A stretch of DNA of 64,000 nt, taken from positions 672,001-736,000 of the forward strand of contig CATQHZ020000001.1 in NCBI GenBank assembly GCA_958296135.2, read 5' to 3'. Shown here in pieces: positions 41,354-50,546 of this stretch. Made by a program: the position numbers and the translations under genes. The notes beneath the pieces are model-generated. The model saw only the letters and a program-made list of their open reading frames with translations. It was not told the origin of the DNA and ran no database searches. How positions within the stretch are numbered: position 1 is the first letter of the stretch; each line of letters opens with the position of its first letter. This DNA is from an uncultured Poribacteria bacterium. GTDB taxonomy: Bacteria; Poribacteria; WGA-4E; WGA-3G.

Positions 41354-42430
41354 CTATGTGTCAACAAGGCATCCACAATAGGCGCAGACAGCGAACATGT
41401 CGCCGAGAGTCTCGCGTTCGGGTGCCAAATAGGTTTCGTGGTGTGTGACGCACCCGGGGTTGTTGCACGGCTCCTCTGCCGCGCCGATGTTGCGCTGCGG
41501 CGGCTGCGTCAAAATCAGTTGCTCCAATCCAAGCAGGCTGGAGATGAGTGCCATCCGAATCGGCACGGCGTTGGCGGATTGTTCAAAGTAGGCGGCGCGC
41601 GGGTCATCGTCCAATTCATAGGAGAGCTCATTGACACGCGGCAGCGGATGCATAATCATCGCATCTGGTTTTGCGTGTTTCATTACCGCGGTGTTCAGCA
41701 AATAGCTGCCGCGCACTTCCTCCGGATTCACTTCTGGTGGGAGCCGCTCCTCCTGAAGTCGATTAACGTAGATGACATCTAGCGACGCGATAACGTCTCG
41801 GATTTGCTCCACTTCAATCGGTGTCTGCGTGTGGAGTTTGTCCAACCGTGTCAGCACCCACGGCGGCATCTGAAGTCCGCTGGGCCCGATGTGGATGAGT
41901 TTTCCGCCGAATCTGGCCACGGCGAGTGAGAATGAATGCGCCGCCCGTCCATAGCGCAAATCGCCGCAAACACCGACAGTCAAACCTTCTACTTGTCCTT
42001 TTCGTCTGATGATAGTATAGAGGTCTGTGAGTGCTTGTGTGGGGTGCGCGTGGCTGCCATCGCCGCCGTTAATGACAGGGATGTTAGCGTAGCGAGCCAT
42101 CACTTGTGCCGCCCCCGCCCAGTTGTGCCGCACGACAATCAAGTCTGTGTAGTTCGTCACCATTCGCGCGGTATCGGCGAGGGTTTCGCCTTTAGTGGCG
42201 GAGGTGCCGCTCGGGTCTGCGAAGCCGAGTGTTCCGCCGTTGAGGCGTTCCATGGCACTTTCAAAGGAGAGCCGGGTGCGAGTGCTCGGTTCGTAAAACA
42301 GTGTCGCCAGCAATTTACTACGGCAGATGCCGGCCCAGGTTTCAAGTTGGGCTTGCATGCCGGCGGCGAGCCGAAAAACGCCTTCAATTTCAACATTAGA
42401 CAAATCGTCAAGGGTTACCAGATGTCTCAT
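41354..42430 (-). CDS. pyrB: Aspartate carbamoyltransferase catalytic chain with C-terminal Cys4 zinc-ribbon extension
   Basis: FYEPSTRTRLSFE, KGETLADT, HPTQALTD, RLQEER, MHPLPR; tail CNNPGCVT...CAYCG. Confidence 0.95.
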   Translation of the reverse strand: MRHLVTLDDLSNVEIEGVFRLAAGMQAQLETWAGICRSKLLATLFYEPSTRTRLSFESAMERLNGGTLGFADPSGTSATKGETLADTARMVTNYTDLIVVRHNWAGAAQVMARYANIPVINGGDGSHAHPTQALTDLYTIIRRKGQVEGLTVGVCGDLRYGRAAHSFSLAVARFGGKLIHIGPSGLQMPPWVLTRLDKLHTQTPIEVEQIRDVIASLDVIYVNRLQEERLPPEVNPEEVRGSYLLNTAVMKHAKPDAMIMHPLPRVNELSYELDDDPRAAYFEQSANAVPIRMALISSLLGLEQLILTQPPQRNIGAAEEPCNNPGCVTHHETYLAPERETLGDMFAVCAYCGCLVDT

Positions 42431-42586
42431 TTTCTCCTCTATTGCGCTGAGATGAAGATTGAAAAAATAAACGGGTTATTTTGGTCATGGCTACGGGCGG
42501 ATATAGAAATCTGCCCTTACAAACGCTGGATGGGCACGCTTTCCGAAAATAGCCCCATTAAATTCTGTAACTTCATGAAAGCGCGC

Positions 42587-43510
42587 CTACAACCTTAGAC
42601 TGCCTACTAACTGTTGGATTGATGCCATCTTCGCCTTTTTCAAATACGCGCGAATGCCGTTGACAACCTCCAGAGACGCGTTGGGGTTCACAAAATTCGC
42701 GGTGCCGACTGCGACAGCTGATGCGCCGGCGATGAGAAATTCGACTGCATCGGTAGCGTTCATAATGCCGCCCATGCCGACGATGGGAATGGAGACGTTT
42801 TTGTAAACCTCCCACACTAGGCGGAGGGCCACCGGCTTTATGGCGGGCCCTGAAAGTCCGCCTGTCACATTTGCGAGTTCTGGGGTGCGCGTTTCGGCGT
42901 TAATTGCCATGCCGAGGAGGGTGTTAATCGCCGAGAGCGCGTCCGCGCCGGCATCCGCAACGGCGCGCGCGATGACGGTAATATCCGTGACGTTCGGCGA
43001 CAACTTCACTAACAGCGGCAGCTGTGTCTTCTCTCGAACCTGTTTGACGAGTTGATGCGCTAGATTTGCATCCACTCCGAAACTCATTCCGCCGCAATCT
43101 AGGTTGGGACAGGAGATGTTGAGTTCTACGCCGGCGATGCCATCGGCATGGTTGAGTTTTTCGATAATCGTGAGGTATTCTTCCACGGTCTTGCCACAGA
43201 CATTGACGATGACTGGCACGTCAAAATCGCGGAGGTAGGGGAGTTTCTGTAAAATAAAGCCATCTACGCCGACGTTTTGGAGTCCGATGGCGTTCAACAT
43301 ACCGGCTGGCGTTTCCATAATGCGTTGCATCGGGTTGCCGGGCCACGGCGTGCTCGTTACGCCTTTGACGACAATGGCACCGAGCCGGTCCAAATCGACG
43401 AAATCGGCGTATTCACTGCCGTAGCCGAAGGTGCCGGATGCTGTCATGATGGGGTTACGCATCTGAATGCCGCCAATATTTACGTTGAGTGAGATGTGGG
43501 GTGTCTCCAT
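42587..43510 (-). CDS. pyrD: Dihydroorotate dehydrogenase (family 1B-type catalytic subunit)
   Basis: NPIMTASGTFG, MLNAIGLQN, ELNISCPN, KLSPNVTDI, GGLSGPAIKP. Confidence 0.96.
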   Translation of the reverse strand: METPHISLNVNIGGIQMRNPIMTASGTFGYGSEYADFVDLDRLGAIVVKGVTSTPWPGNPMQRIMETPAGMLNAIGLQNVGVDGFILQKLPYLRDFDVPVIVNVCGKTVEEYLTIIEKLNHADGIAGVELNISCPNLDCGGMSFGVDANLAHQLVKQVREKTQLPLLVKLSPNVTDITVIARAVADAGADALSAINTLLGMAINAETRTPELANVTGGLSGPAIKPVALRLVWEVYKNVSIPIVGMGGIMNATDAVEFLIAGASAVAVGTANFVNPNASLEVVNGIRAYLKKAKMASIQQLVGSLRL

Positions 43511-43729
43511 AGGAATTATGATAACAGATTTGGTGGGAAATGTCAAGGTGCCGAATTCAGGTATAGGATATTCAGTTTGCGGTTTTTGCTGTCACCCGTG
43601 AAAATTAACGAGGGGCTCCCTCCCTATAGGTGCCCGATCCTGCCCTGTTTGAGTTTCCTGCGGAGCGTGGAGATTTCAAACGACAGAAACGGGATAACTA
43701 AATGCTTCTGGTGCAATATGAAAAAAAAT

Positions 43730-43758
43730 TTGACAAAACGCAAAAAATGTGGTATTAT
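43730..43758 (+). promoter_or_regulatory. Sigma70 promoter for the long leader and RRM gene
   Basis: TTGACA-17bp-TATTAT with TGn and an upstream A-tract. Confidence 0.8.
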
Positions 43759-43764
43759 ATTGTA

Positions 43765-44150
43765 TGTTTATGTGTAAGGGAAATTGAAGAGTGTCCGCTG
43801 ACAAAGTTACGAGTAGTGTTTTGACAGTTTTACCGGTTGGAACCGAGTGCTTTCTTACGGACGTAAGCGGGTTCTCTTGTTCTGACAAGAGTTGGATAAG
43901 CGTTCATTTGCCAATCTACGCTTGCTGCCAAATTCCTGCCGATAGAGAGTGATTCTTGCCTGCGGTGAGTTTCGGGCTGCGCGCTTTCGTGCGCGCGGTG
44001 CCGAGCACGTGCAGGTGTCAGACTCCTGACAGTGCCCAGTTTCTCATTTTCCCGTTATTTTTAACCAGAAGGACAGGCCCGGTGCGAGACAGGTGGGCGT
44101 GCTTCAATCGCGCGTCACCGAGGTTTCTCTAGCGCCGGTTCTTAAGGAGA
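43765..44150 (+). ncRNA. Candidate structured 5' leader or ncRNA of unknown family
   Basis: About 390 nt with no plus-strand ORF, at least 7 hairpins, and long-range pairing of 43778-43791 with 44040-44053. Confidence 0.5.
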
Positions 44151-44156
44151 AACGCG

Positions 44157-44429
44157 ATGAATATCTACGTTGGCAACGTGCCATACGCAGCGACGGAAAA
44201 CGATTTGGAAGAGCTTTTTGGAGAGTATGGGCCGGTGGCTACCGCCACGATTATCCGTGACCGGTATGACGGCCGCTCCAAAGGGTTTGGCTTCGTTGAG
44301 ATGGAAAATCAAGAGGATGGTACGCGGGCGATAGAAGCATTGGACGGCTATGACATGATGGGACGTCCGCTGAAAGTCAACCAGGCGCGTCCTCGCGAAG
44401 AGCGTCGGCCTCGTCACTACGATGCCTAG
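44157..44429 (+). CDS. RNA recognition motif (RRM) RNA-binding protein
   Basis: RNP2 IYVGNV, RNP1 KGFGFVEM, GRPLKVNQARPRE; AAGGAG RBS. Confidence 0.97.
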   Translation: MNIYVGNVPYAATENDLEELFGEYGPVATATIIRDRYDGRSKGFGFVEMENQEDGTRAIEALDGYDMMGRPLKVNQARPREERRPRHYDA

Positions 44430-44478
44430 GCCTCTCGGCGGCATCTCGCTAGCGATGTGTCGCAGCTAACAACGTTTC

Positions 44479-44529
44479 GCCCCGGATGCGGGAGCCATCG
44501 TCGGCTTCCCTCCGGGGCTTTTCTGTTTT
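44479..44529 (+). terminator. Intrinsic terminator after the RRM gene
   Basis: gccccgga..gggagcc/ggcttccc..tccggggc stem followed by ttttctgtttt. Confidence 0.75.
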
Positions 44530-44540
44530 GCACGAAACGG

Positions 44541-44567
44541 GTAGGCGCGCTTTGAAAGCGCGCCTAC
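44541..44567. repeat. REP-like palindrome, family A (perfect)
   Basis: gtaggcgcgcttt-g-aaagcgcgcctac; a degenerate copy follows at 44591. Confidence 0.92.
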
Positions 44568-44620
44568 GGATTGGGTGCTGCACAAACCTGGTAGGTGTGC
44601 GTTGCAAGCGCGTCTTGGGA

Positions 44621-45394
44621 TTAATCCTTCCGCTTGAGTTGTCCCCAGATGACGGCGGCTTTTCCTGCCGGCTCCACGGCGACACCCAACGCGGTTAGCC
44701 CGTTATTCATAATATCGGCAATATCGTCATCTTCCAGCGGTGAGTGGAAGATGGCGACTTCGTCCATCGCGCCTGTGAACCAATTGCCTGTGCCATCCCA
44801 AATGCCGCAACCGCCGATATTCACGTTGAAATCGGAACGCCCGTGGTTGGGCCAATCCCCTTTTTTCTCCGTGGGTGTTCCATCGACATAAACCTTCGTG
44901 GCCTCGCGCGTTGCGACGGTGGCGACGTGATGCCATTCACCCGGCGGATGTTCGTAAGGATTCTCGTTCCCACCCGCTGTGGGAGTCCACAGCATGACGG
45001 TAGTGGGATTGATAAACCCGAATTCGGGAGAATCGTTCTGCCCTACCAACCCGATGCGGTTGGCGGTGATATTCCCCGGTTTTATCCAAGCGACGATTGT
45101 AAATTCGCGCAAGCCGTTCAGGAGCTTCTTTCCGGTTTGGACGCAATTGCCAGCACCATCAAAGGCTAAGGCACCGCCGAACCGTCCGTCTATCCAGGCC
45201 GGCGCGTTGACAATCGTGCCGTGATTATTGTTACCGGAGGAGTCCATGGCGGTACTCCCCGTGCCATCATCAAACAGCCAAACGCCGACAACTTTGCTCA
45301 TGTCCACATCGGCACTGCTACTCGTGACTGCGACGAGACTGAGAACTATCAGACTCAGGCTGAACAGGATACCTGTTAAAACATTCAATTTCAT
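44621..45394 (-). CDS. Secreted LamG/concanavalin A-like domain protein with C-terminal V-x-P-x-GK-x4-W motif
   Basis: Signal peptide, WLFDDGTG-TA-DSSGNNNHG, G-FGGAL-FDG, GEWHHVA, F-G-MDEVAIF, tail AVEPAGKAAVIWGQLK. Confidence 0.92.
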   Translation of the reverse strand: MKLNVLTGILFSLSLIVLSLVAVTSSSADVDMSKVVGVWLFDDGTGSTAMDSSGNNNHGTIVNAPAWIDGRFGGALAFDGAGNCVQTGKKLLNGLREFTIVAWIKPGNITANRIGLVGQNDSPEFGFINPTTVMLWTPTAGGNENPYEHPPGEWHHVATVATREATKVYVDGTPTEKKGDWPNHGRSDFNVNIGGCGIWDGTGNWFTGAMDEVAIFHSPLEDDDIADIMNNGLTALGVAVEPAGKAAVIWGQLKRKD

Positions 45395-45586
45395 TTTAAT
45401 CCTCTCACTTTCTTAAAATTTACCTCGCCTCACGGCGGGTGTTTATGATAGAAACCACTTCACAACAGCAAAAACCCTTGCGGGAATACGCATGCGCCGC
45501 CGGTGGCAACTGTTCGGAGCGATCTCCAGATCGCGATACCTAGTGTCTCACACTCTGGCACTCTGGAAATGAGAAGGTTTTCGCTT

Positions 45587-45616
45587 GCCCTATGCCCTAT
45601 GCCCTATGCACTATGC
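45587..45616. repeat. Heptamer microsatellite (gccctat) x4
   Basis: gccctatgccctatgccctatgcactatgc. Confidence 0.85.
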
Positions 45617-45702
45617 ATTTGCAAGCGGCGTGACCTGGGCCAGAATTGAGCACATATTTATTTTGACATATTTTTCATAAAAATGCAAGTCTTTTTTTAT
45701 TC

Positions 45703-45731
45703 TTGACATTTAAACGCGAGTGAGGTATCAT
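45703..45731 (+). promoter_or_regulatory. Sigma70 promoter for the NHL protein gene
   Basis: TTGACA-17bp-TATCAT. Confidence 0.7.
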
Positions 45732-45845
45732 AATTAAAGGACTAACGCAGCCTGAACTCCGTAGGCGTAACGGTGGATACGGTTCGCATTTGCGTCCGTC
45801 CTCTTAAAAAATTCCAGTAGGAGCGACTTCCATACGACAAAAAAA

Positions 45846-47843
45846 ATGAAACAAACAGTCTTAATCACACTACTTCTCTTCATCTTCGGGCTGATGCCTG
45901 CTTTTTCGGTGGATTTTATTACCTTGGAGCGCGAATTCGGCGGCAAAGGTTCAACGGAAGGCGCGTTTGGCAAGCAGATCCGTCTTGCTTTTCGCGATAA
46001 TATCTACGTCAGCGATAAGGAGCATCGGCTCATCCAAAAATTATCGCCGATGGGAACGTTCCTTCTGCAGATTCCCGCACAACCAACTTCGCCTGAAAAT
46101 ATCTTGCGGAAACCGGGGCATCTCGCCGTGGATGCGGCGGAAAATATCTACGTCGCTGATGTCACCGCGCATCACATCGCCGAGACGACGGAACCGAAAA
46201 TCTACATGTTCGCGCCGTGCGTGCACAAATTCAGCGCAACCGGCGAACTATTAGACACCTATTTCGTAGAACCGGTGGATGAGCGGCCGCGCATTGTTTT
46301 AACCGGCGCGCTCATCGTTGACGAAGAGGGAAAAACCGCCTTCGGCATTCAACCGCAAGGATACGACAGGGCCCTCCGTGTCGCTGTTAATTCACAAAAT
46401 CAACTCTACGTTTTAGACGCAAAACGGGGACGCATCCACAAATTTGATGTTGATGGAAAGGTGTTGCGCACCTTCGGCCGCTATGGCGCAGGCGATGGCG
46501 AGTTCGATCTGGATGCATCCGACATTGCGATTGACGCGCGCGGCAATGTGCTTATCGCCGATACCGGCAATCATCGCATCGTTCAATTTGATGGAGATGG
46601 CACGTTTATCCGCAGTTTCGGCAGGAAAGGCCGCGGCAACGGGCAATTCACAAAGCCGATGGCACTCGTCGCGCTGCCCACGGGCGAAATCCTGGTCAAA
46701 GATGCGAGTCAATTCCGGCGCAAAGTCGGCGGCTTGCCGGAGGTTGTCGCGCTATCCCCGACATTGACGCAACTCAATGAAAGCACCCCGGGTCAAACCG
46801 AACTCGCCGATGTGATTACTGACGCGACCCGGCCGGCATACGGCCCCTTCACACATGGGACCGGCGCGACAGCGAATCTCGCTGCGCTCAATCGCCGCGT
46901 GCGGCTGCTGGAAGAAGCGGCATACAGCCAATACTATGAGACTGAGGGCGACGACGAAGACAAGGCGGAATTGGTAGAGGAACTCAAGCGGAAGGACATC
47001 CGGCTGACACTCTTTCATAACGTCATCTCGCGCGTCCAGAAGTTTGACAGCAATGGCAGATACACCGGGCGAATCATTTACGAGACCGATCAGCTTAGCG
47101 AGGATAAGCACGACGTAAGCTTTCTCGCACTCGATCCTGCCGGACATCTCTATTTGCGTGACGCGAGCGATTTCACCGTCGCGCAATATTCCATCAGCGG
47201 GTTCACGATTAAACCTTCGCACATGAATGGGTTCTATAGCGTGCGTGCTGCTAACCTTGATAACGAATATCTGGAAGATTACGAGGATATTGATGTCTCA
47301 ACCGATGTGCAGGATGAACTCAGTCAGTTGGAATTAAAAAATATGTTCGGGTGGACATATAGCCTCTCGGAACAGTGGCACTTGACATTCCTTGACGAGC
47401 TCACCTATGGCGAACAGGACGAACGTTATGTCACGCCTGCCAAGGTTGAGGATAGTTACAATTTTCAGACACAGGCATTGGAGAATGCGTTTGCCGCGAA
47501 CCTGAAATTCATCACGAATCCGAATCCGTATCGGTATAAGGAGTTGAATTTGTCCATCGGGCGCGTTGACGGCACCTCCGATTTGACGCAGGACGCGCTG
47601 TTTCCGGAGCTCAACCGTCAGCACCGCGAAGATACCGGGGATGCGAATTCGACAGTGATTGAACTCAACTGGGATCTATGGGCGCGGACGAATTTGTGGT
47701 TCCGCTACGCCGATCTGAATCCTGCGGAGACGAGCCGTAACTTTGTGCGCCGCTTCTACGATGTCTCCGGTGATTTGTATGAGGTGTTCGGGAGCCGCAA
47801 TCAGGCGCGGCAGTTCCTTGGTGAATTGACGATAAAATTCTAA
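45846..47843 (+). CDS. Secreted NHL-repeat beta-propeller protein with probable C-terminal outer-membrane beta-barrel
   Basis: Signal peptide; FG--G-G-G(E/Q)F--P, IAID--GN--IADTGNHRI repeats; amphipathic strands ending FLGELTIKF. Confidence 0.82.
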   Translation: MKQTVLITLLLFIFGLMPAFSVDFITLEREFGGKGSTEGAFGKQIRLAFRDNIYVSDKEHRLIQKLSPMGTFLLQIPAQPTSPENILRKPGHLAVDAAENIYVADVTAHHIAETTEPKIYMFAPCVHKFSATGELLDTYFVEPVDERPRIVLTGALIVDEEGKTAFGIQPQGYDRALRVAVNSQNQLYVLDAKRGRIHKFDVDGKVLRTFGRYGAGDGEFDLDASDIAIDARGNVLIADTGNHRIVQFDGDGTFIRSFGRKGRGNGQFTKPMALVALPTGEILVKDASQFRRKVGGLPEVVALSPTLTQLNESTPGQTELADVITDATRPAYGPFTHGTGATANLAALNRRVRLLEEAAYSQYYETEGDDEDKAELVEELKRKDIRLTLFHNVISRVQKFDSNGRYTGRIIYETDQLSEDKHDVSFLALDPAGHLYLRDASDFTVAQYSISGFTIKPSHMNGFYSVRAANLDNEYLEDYEDIDVSTDVQDELSQLELKNMFGWTYSLSEQWHLTFLDELTYGEQDERYVTPAKVEDSYNFQTQALENAFAANLKFITNPNPYRYKELNLSIGRVDGTSDLTQDALFPELNRQHREDTGDANSTVIELNWDLWARTNLWFRYADLNPAETSRNFVRRFYDVSGDLYEVFGSRNQARQFLGELTIKF

Positions 47844-47954
47844 ACTGGGAGCCTGCCGAAAAACTTGACATTCTCCTGCAAGAAGTGCGAGACTGTCACG
47901 ACATCGCCTGGTCTTCCCTAGGCCCGGGCGATGCCCGAAAGGAACCGTATCTGC

Positions 47955-48455
47955 ATGCCAAATCAATACTTGAACGAGCCAGAACACGATAGGGTCCCGT
48001 TTCTCGGTGTGAAGCGTCGGTGGGTAGGCTATGCGTTATTCATCTTTGTCATCAGCCTTCTTGTCTATGCGGGCTTCTCTGCGGCGGACTCCCTGACTAC
48101 CGATGGGTGGCGTGGGTTCAAAACAGTCCGCGCGATTCTTCACGATACGTCGCAAGCCCTGCCGATTTTGGGTGTTGTGCCTATCGTTATCCTGGTGATA
48201 TGGGAGTTTCTGATGATTCTTTATGAAATCGTGAAAGAGCAAATCGAGGCGCGTCAGCGTGCGCGTATTGCGGCGCACGAGGCGCGCGGTGAGGAGCGGG
48301 GTATCAAACTCGGCGAGGAGCAGGGCAGGGCATTAGAACGCGATGCCTGGGTTGACTGGCTTGAACGCCGAGACGCAGCGGCAGCGGCGGGCGAACCCTT
48401 CACCGAACCGAATCCTGCCGAGGAACACAACGGCACCTCGCCCCCTGCACTCTAG
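47955..48455 (+). CDS. Hypothetical membrane protein with charged E-RG-E-G tail
   Basis: Two TM helices, then EARGEERGIKLGEEQGR...W--W--R; AAAGGA RBS. Confidence 0.65.
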   Translation: MPNQYLNEPEHDRVPFLGVKRRWVGYALFIFVISLLVYAGFSAADSLTTDGWRGFKTVRAILHDTSQALPILGVVPIVILVIWEFLMILYEIVKEQIEARQRARIAAHEARGEERGIKLGEEQGRALERDAWVDWLERRDAAAAAGEPFTEPNPAEEHNGTSPPAL

Positions 48456-48519
48456 CGGCACCTCGCTAGTGCTTGGGGAGAGAATGGTGAATGTAGTCTG
48501 ATGGGAGAACTACCAAACA

Positions 48520-49482
48520 ATGGAATTTCGTGCATTGCACTCTGAAGAATTAGAACCATGGTTCGACCACGTCGGACATGTTTTCTCAACGTCTCGGCAA
48601 TACTTTGTTAAGCATTGGCAAAACGATCCGTGGAAAGCCGTTGAGGGCATCCGTGTCGCTGTTGACAATGGCAGAATTGTCAGCACGCTACGCGTCTTTA
48701 TCCGCCGGATGTTCCTGCATGGCGAGCGGGTTTCCGTGGGCGGCATCGGTGAGGTAAGCACGCTGCCGGAATACCGCCGACGCGGGCTTGCGACGCAGCT
48801 GCTCAAGGATGCCATCCGATTCATGGAAGAACGCGAGATTGCCATCTCATCGCTCCATGGAAGTCAGCGCATCTATTCGGTTGAGGGGTGGGAGAGCGTG
48901 CCGCGCTATTATGCCAAAAAAACGTTCCTAGTAGGAGGTTCCTCTAGTCCTGATACCGAGTGGACGATTCGCCCGGTCGATTTCCAGTCTCAAAGTGAAC
49001 TTGCCCAAATTGCCGCGCTTTACGCCGGTTATTCTCGCAAATTCAACGGCACTTTTGTCAGGGATGACACGGCGTATTGGAGAGATTGGGTGCAAACCGA
49101 ATCTCCGGATGCGTGGGTTGCGGAAACATCGGGGACGCTGGAAGGCTATATCGCTGTCGCTGGCAAATTGAGAGTCAAAGAGTTCGCCGTTTCTGATGCG
49201 CAGTTTGCGCAGGATAGCGGCAAACGGCTGTTTGAGGCGATGCTTGCGCAGATTATTGCACAAAAGGGTGGGGAAGCGTTGGAGGTGGAATACGCGGCAC
49301 CGCTCGCCGATGGGTTTAATGCGCCTAAAATTCATGAATACGGCGGCACGATGTATCGCGTCATTAACGCCGACAAAATTCCGAGTTGTGATGCACTTTC
49401 GGCGTTACTGCATGGGCAGCCAGAGCCCTTAGCGCAAGGCATCCGGTCGCATCATGTTTTTTGGCCTACGGATGGGTTTTAG
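48520..49482 (+). CDS. GNAT family N-acetyltransferase (Eis-like)
   Basis: GGIGEVSTLPEYRRRGLATQLL acetyl-CoA binding motif A. Confidence 0.88.
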   Translation: MEFRALHSEELEPWFDHVGHVFSTSRQYFVKHWQNDPWKAVEGIRVAVDNGRIVSTLRVFIRRMFLHGERVSVGGIGEVSTLPEYRRRGLATQLLKDAIRFMEEREIAISSLHGSQRIYSVEGWESVPRYYAKKTFLVGGSSSPDTEWTIRPVDFQSQSELAQIAALYAGYSRKFNGTFVRDDTAYWRDWVQTESPDAWVAETSGTLEGYIAVAGKLRVKEFAVSDAQFAQDSGKRLFEAMLAQIIAQKGGEALEVEYAAPLADGFNAPKIHEYGGTMYRVINADKIPSCDALSALLHGQPEPLAQGIRSHHVFWPTDGF

Positions 49483-49536
49483 AAGTTACCCGATAGGCAC
49501 GCCTACGGACAAGTACTGCTTGAGGAGGACACGAAC

Positions 49537-50535
49537 ATGGCAAAACTACGCGTTGGAGTTATTGGATGTAGCGGCATCGGCACGACGCACGCCTCCGGCT
49601 TAGTCGGATTGCCGAACGTTGAACTCGCCGCCGGGTGCGACTTTGTGCAAAGCACCCTCGATGCCTTCAAAGAGAAGTGGCAGGATAAGTGGGGAGACAT
49701 CTCCCTTTATACCAACCATCAGGAAATGCTCGCCGGTGCGGCGTTAGACATCGTCACCGTTGCAACGTCTGACCATCGGCATGCAAACCTGGTTGTTGAC
49801 GCGGCGAACGCTGGCATAAAGGGCATCTTCTGCGAGAAACCGATGGCTACCAGCGTTGAAGATGCCGATAGGATGCTGGAGGCAACTGAACGGAACAATA
49901 CGATTCTCTCGATCGATCACACGCGCCGGTGGCAGCCGTTGTGGCGGCATACCAAAGAGGCAGTCGTCGGAGGCGGCACCATCGGGAATGTCCAGTATGT
50001 CATCGGCACGTTGAGCGGCGGGCGCGCGATGCTCTTCCGCAACGGCACGCATCTCATCGATGCCATCTGCTACTTCGCCGATTCGTCACCGGAATGGGTT
50101 TCGGCAGAATTGGAAGATGGCTACGAGGCGTATAGCGAGTATCAAGGTGACGGCGGACATGTCCCCGCTACCGAACCGTCGGCACATGGGTATATCCACT
50201 TCGCGAACGGCGTGCGCGGCTATTATGCCGGCGGTCCGAAGACGACGGTTGCAGGCTTCCGTGTTGAAATCGTCGGCACGAACGGCTATATTCTCATCAG
50301 CGACAAAGGCGCGATGCTTCACCAAGGTGACGATGTCGGTGAGATTATTGCACCGACGTGGGATGTCGTTGGCATTCCGGCGGGAGTGCAAGAGCTCGTC
50401 AGTCTTGTTGCGGAGGGGGGCGAACCAGTCTCGCCCGGCAGTGAGGGCCACAAAGTGGTTGAGATTATCATCGGTTTCCTAACCTCGCAGCAGCGGGACA
50501 ATGGAAAGGTGCGCCTGCCGTTGCCGCGGGGATAG
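49537..50535 (+). CDS. Gfo/Idh/MocA family oxidoreductase
   Basis: LRVGVIGCSGIG, CEKPMA, NGTHLID. Confidence 0.92.
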   Translation: MAKLRVGVIGCSGIGTTHASGLVGLPNVELAAGCDFVQSTLDAFKEKWQDKWGDISLYTNHQEMLAGAALDIVTVATSDHRHANLVVDAANAGIKGIFCEKPMATSVEDADRMLEATERNNTILSIDHTRRWQPLWRHTKEAVVGGGTIGNVQYVIGTLSGGRAMLFRNGTHLIDAICYFADSSPEWVSAELEDGYEAYSEYQGDGGHVPATEPSAHGYIHFANGVRGYYAGGPKTTVAGFRVEIVGTNGYILISDKGAMLHQGDDVGEIIAPTWDVVGIPAGVQELVSLVAEGGEPVSPGSEGHKVVEIIIGFLTSQQRDNGKVRLPLPRG

Positions 50536-50546
50536 TGGAGAAAGTT

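Noticed and set aside
43765-44150. tmRNA, RNase P RNA, SRP RNA or 6S RNA
   Set aside because: No tRNA-like ends, no GAGGAAAGUCC, no SRP loop motif, and the fold is branched rather than rod-like.
45420-45660. Cobalamin or other riboswitch upstream of the LamG gene
   Set aside because: No recognisable conserved boxes; the region is explained by a family D-like palindrome and heptamer repeats.
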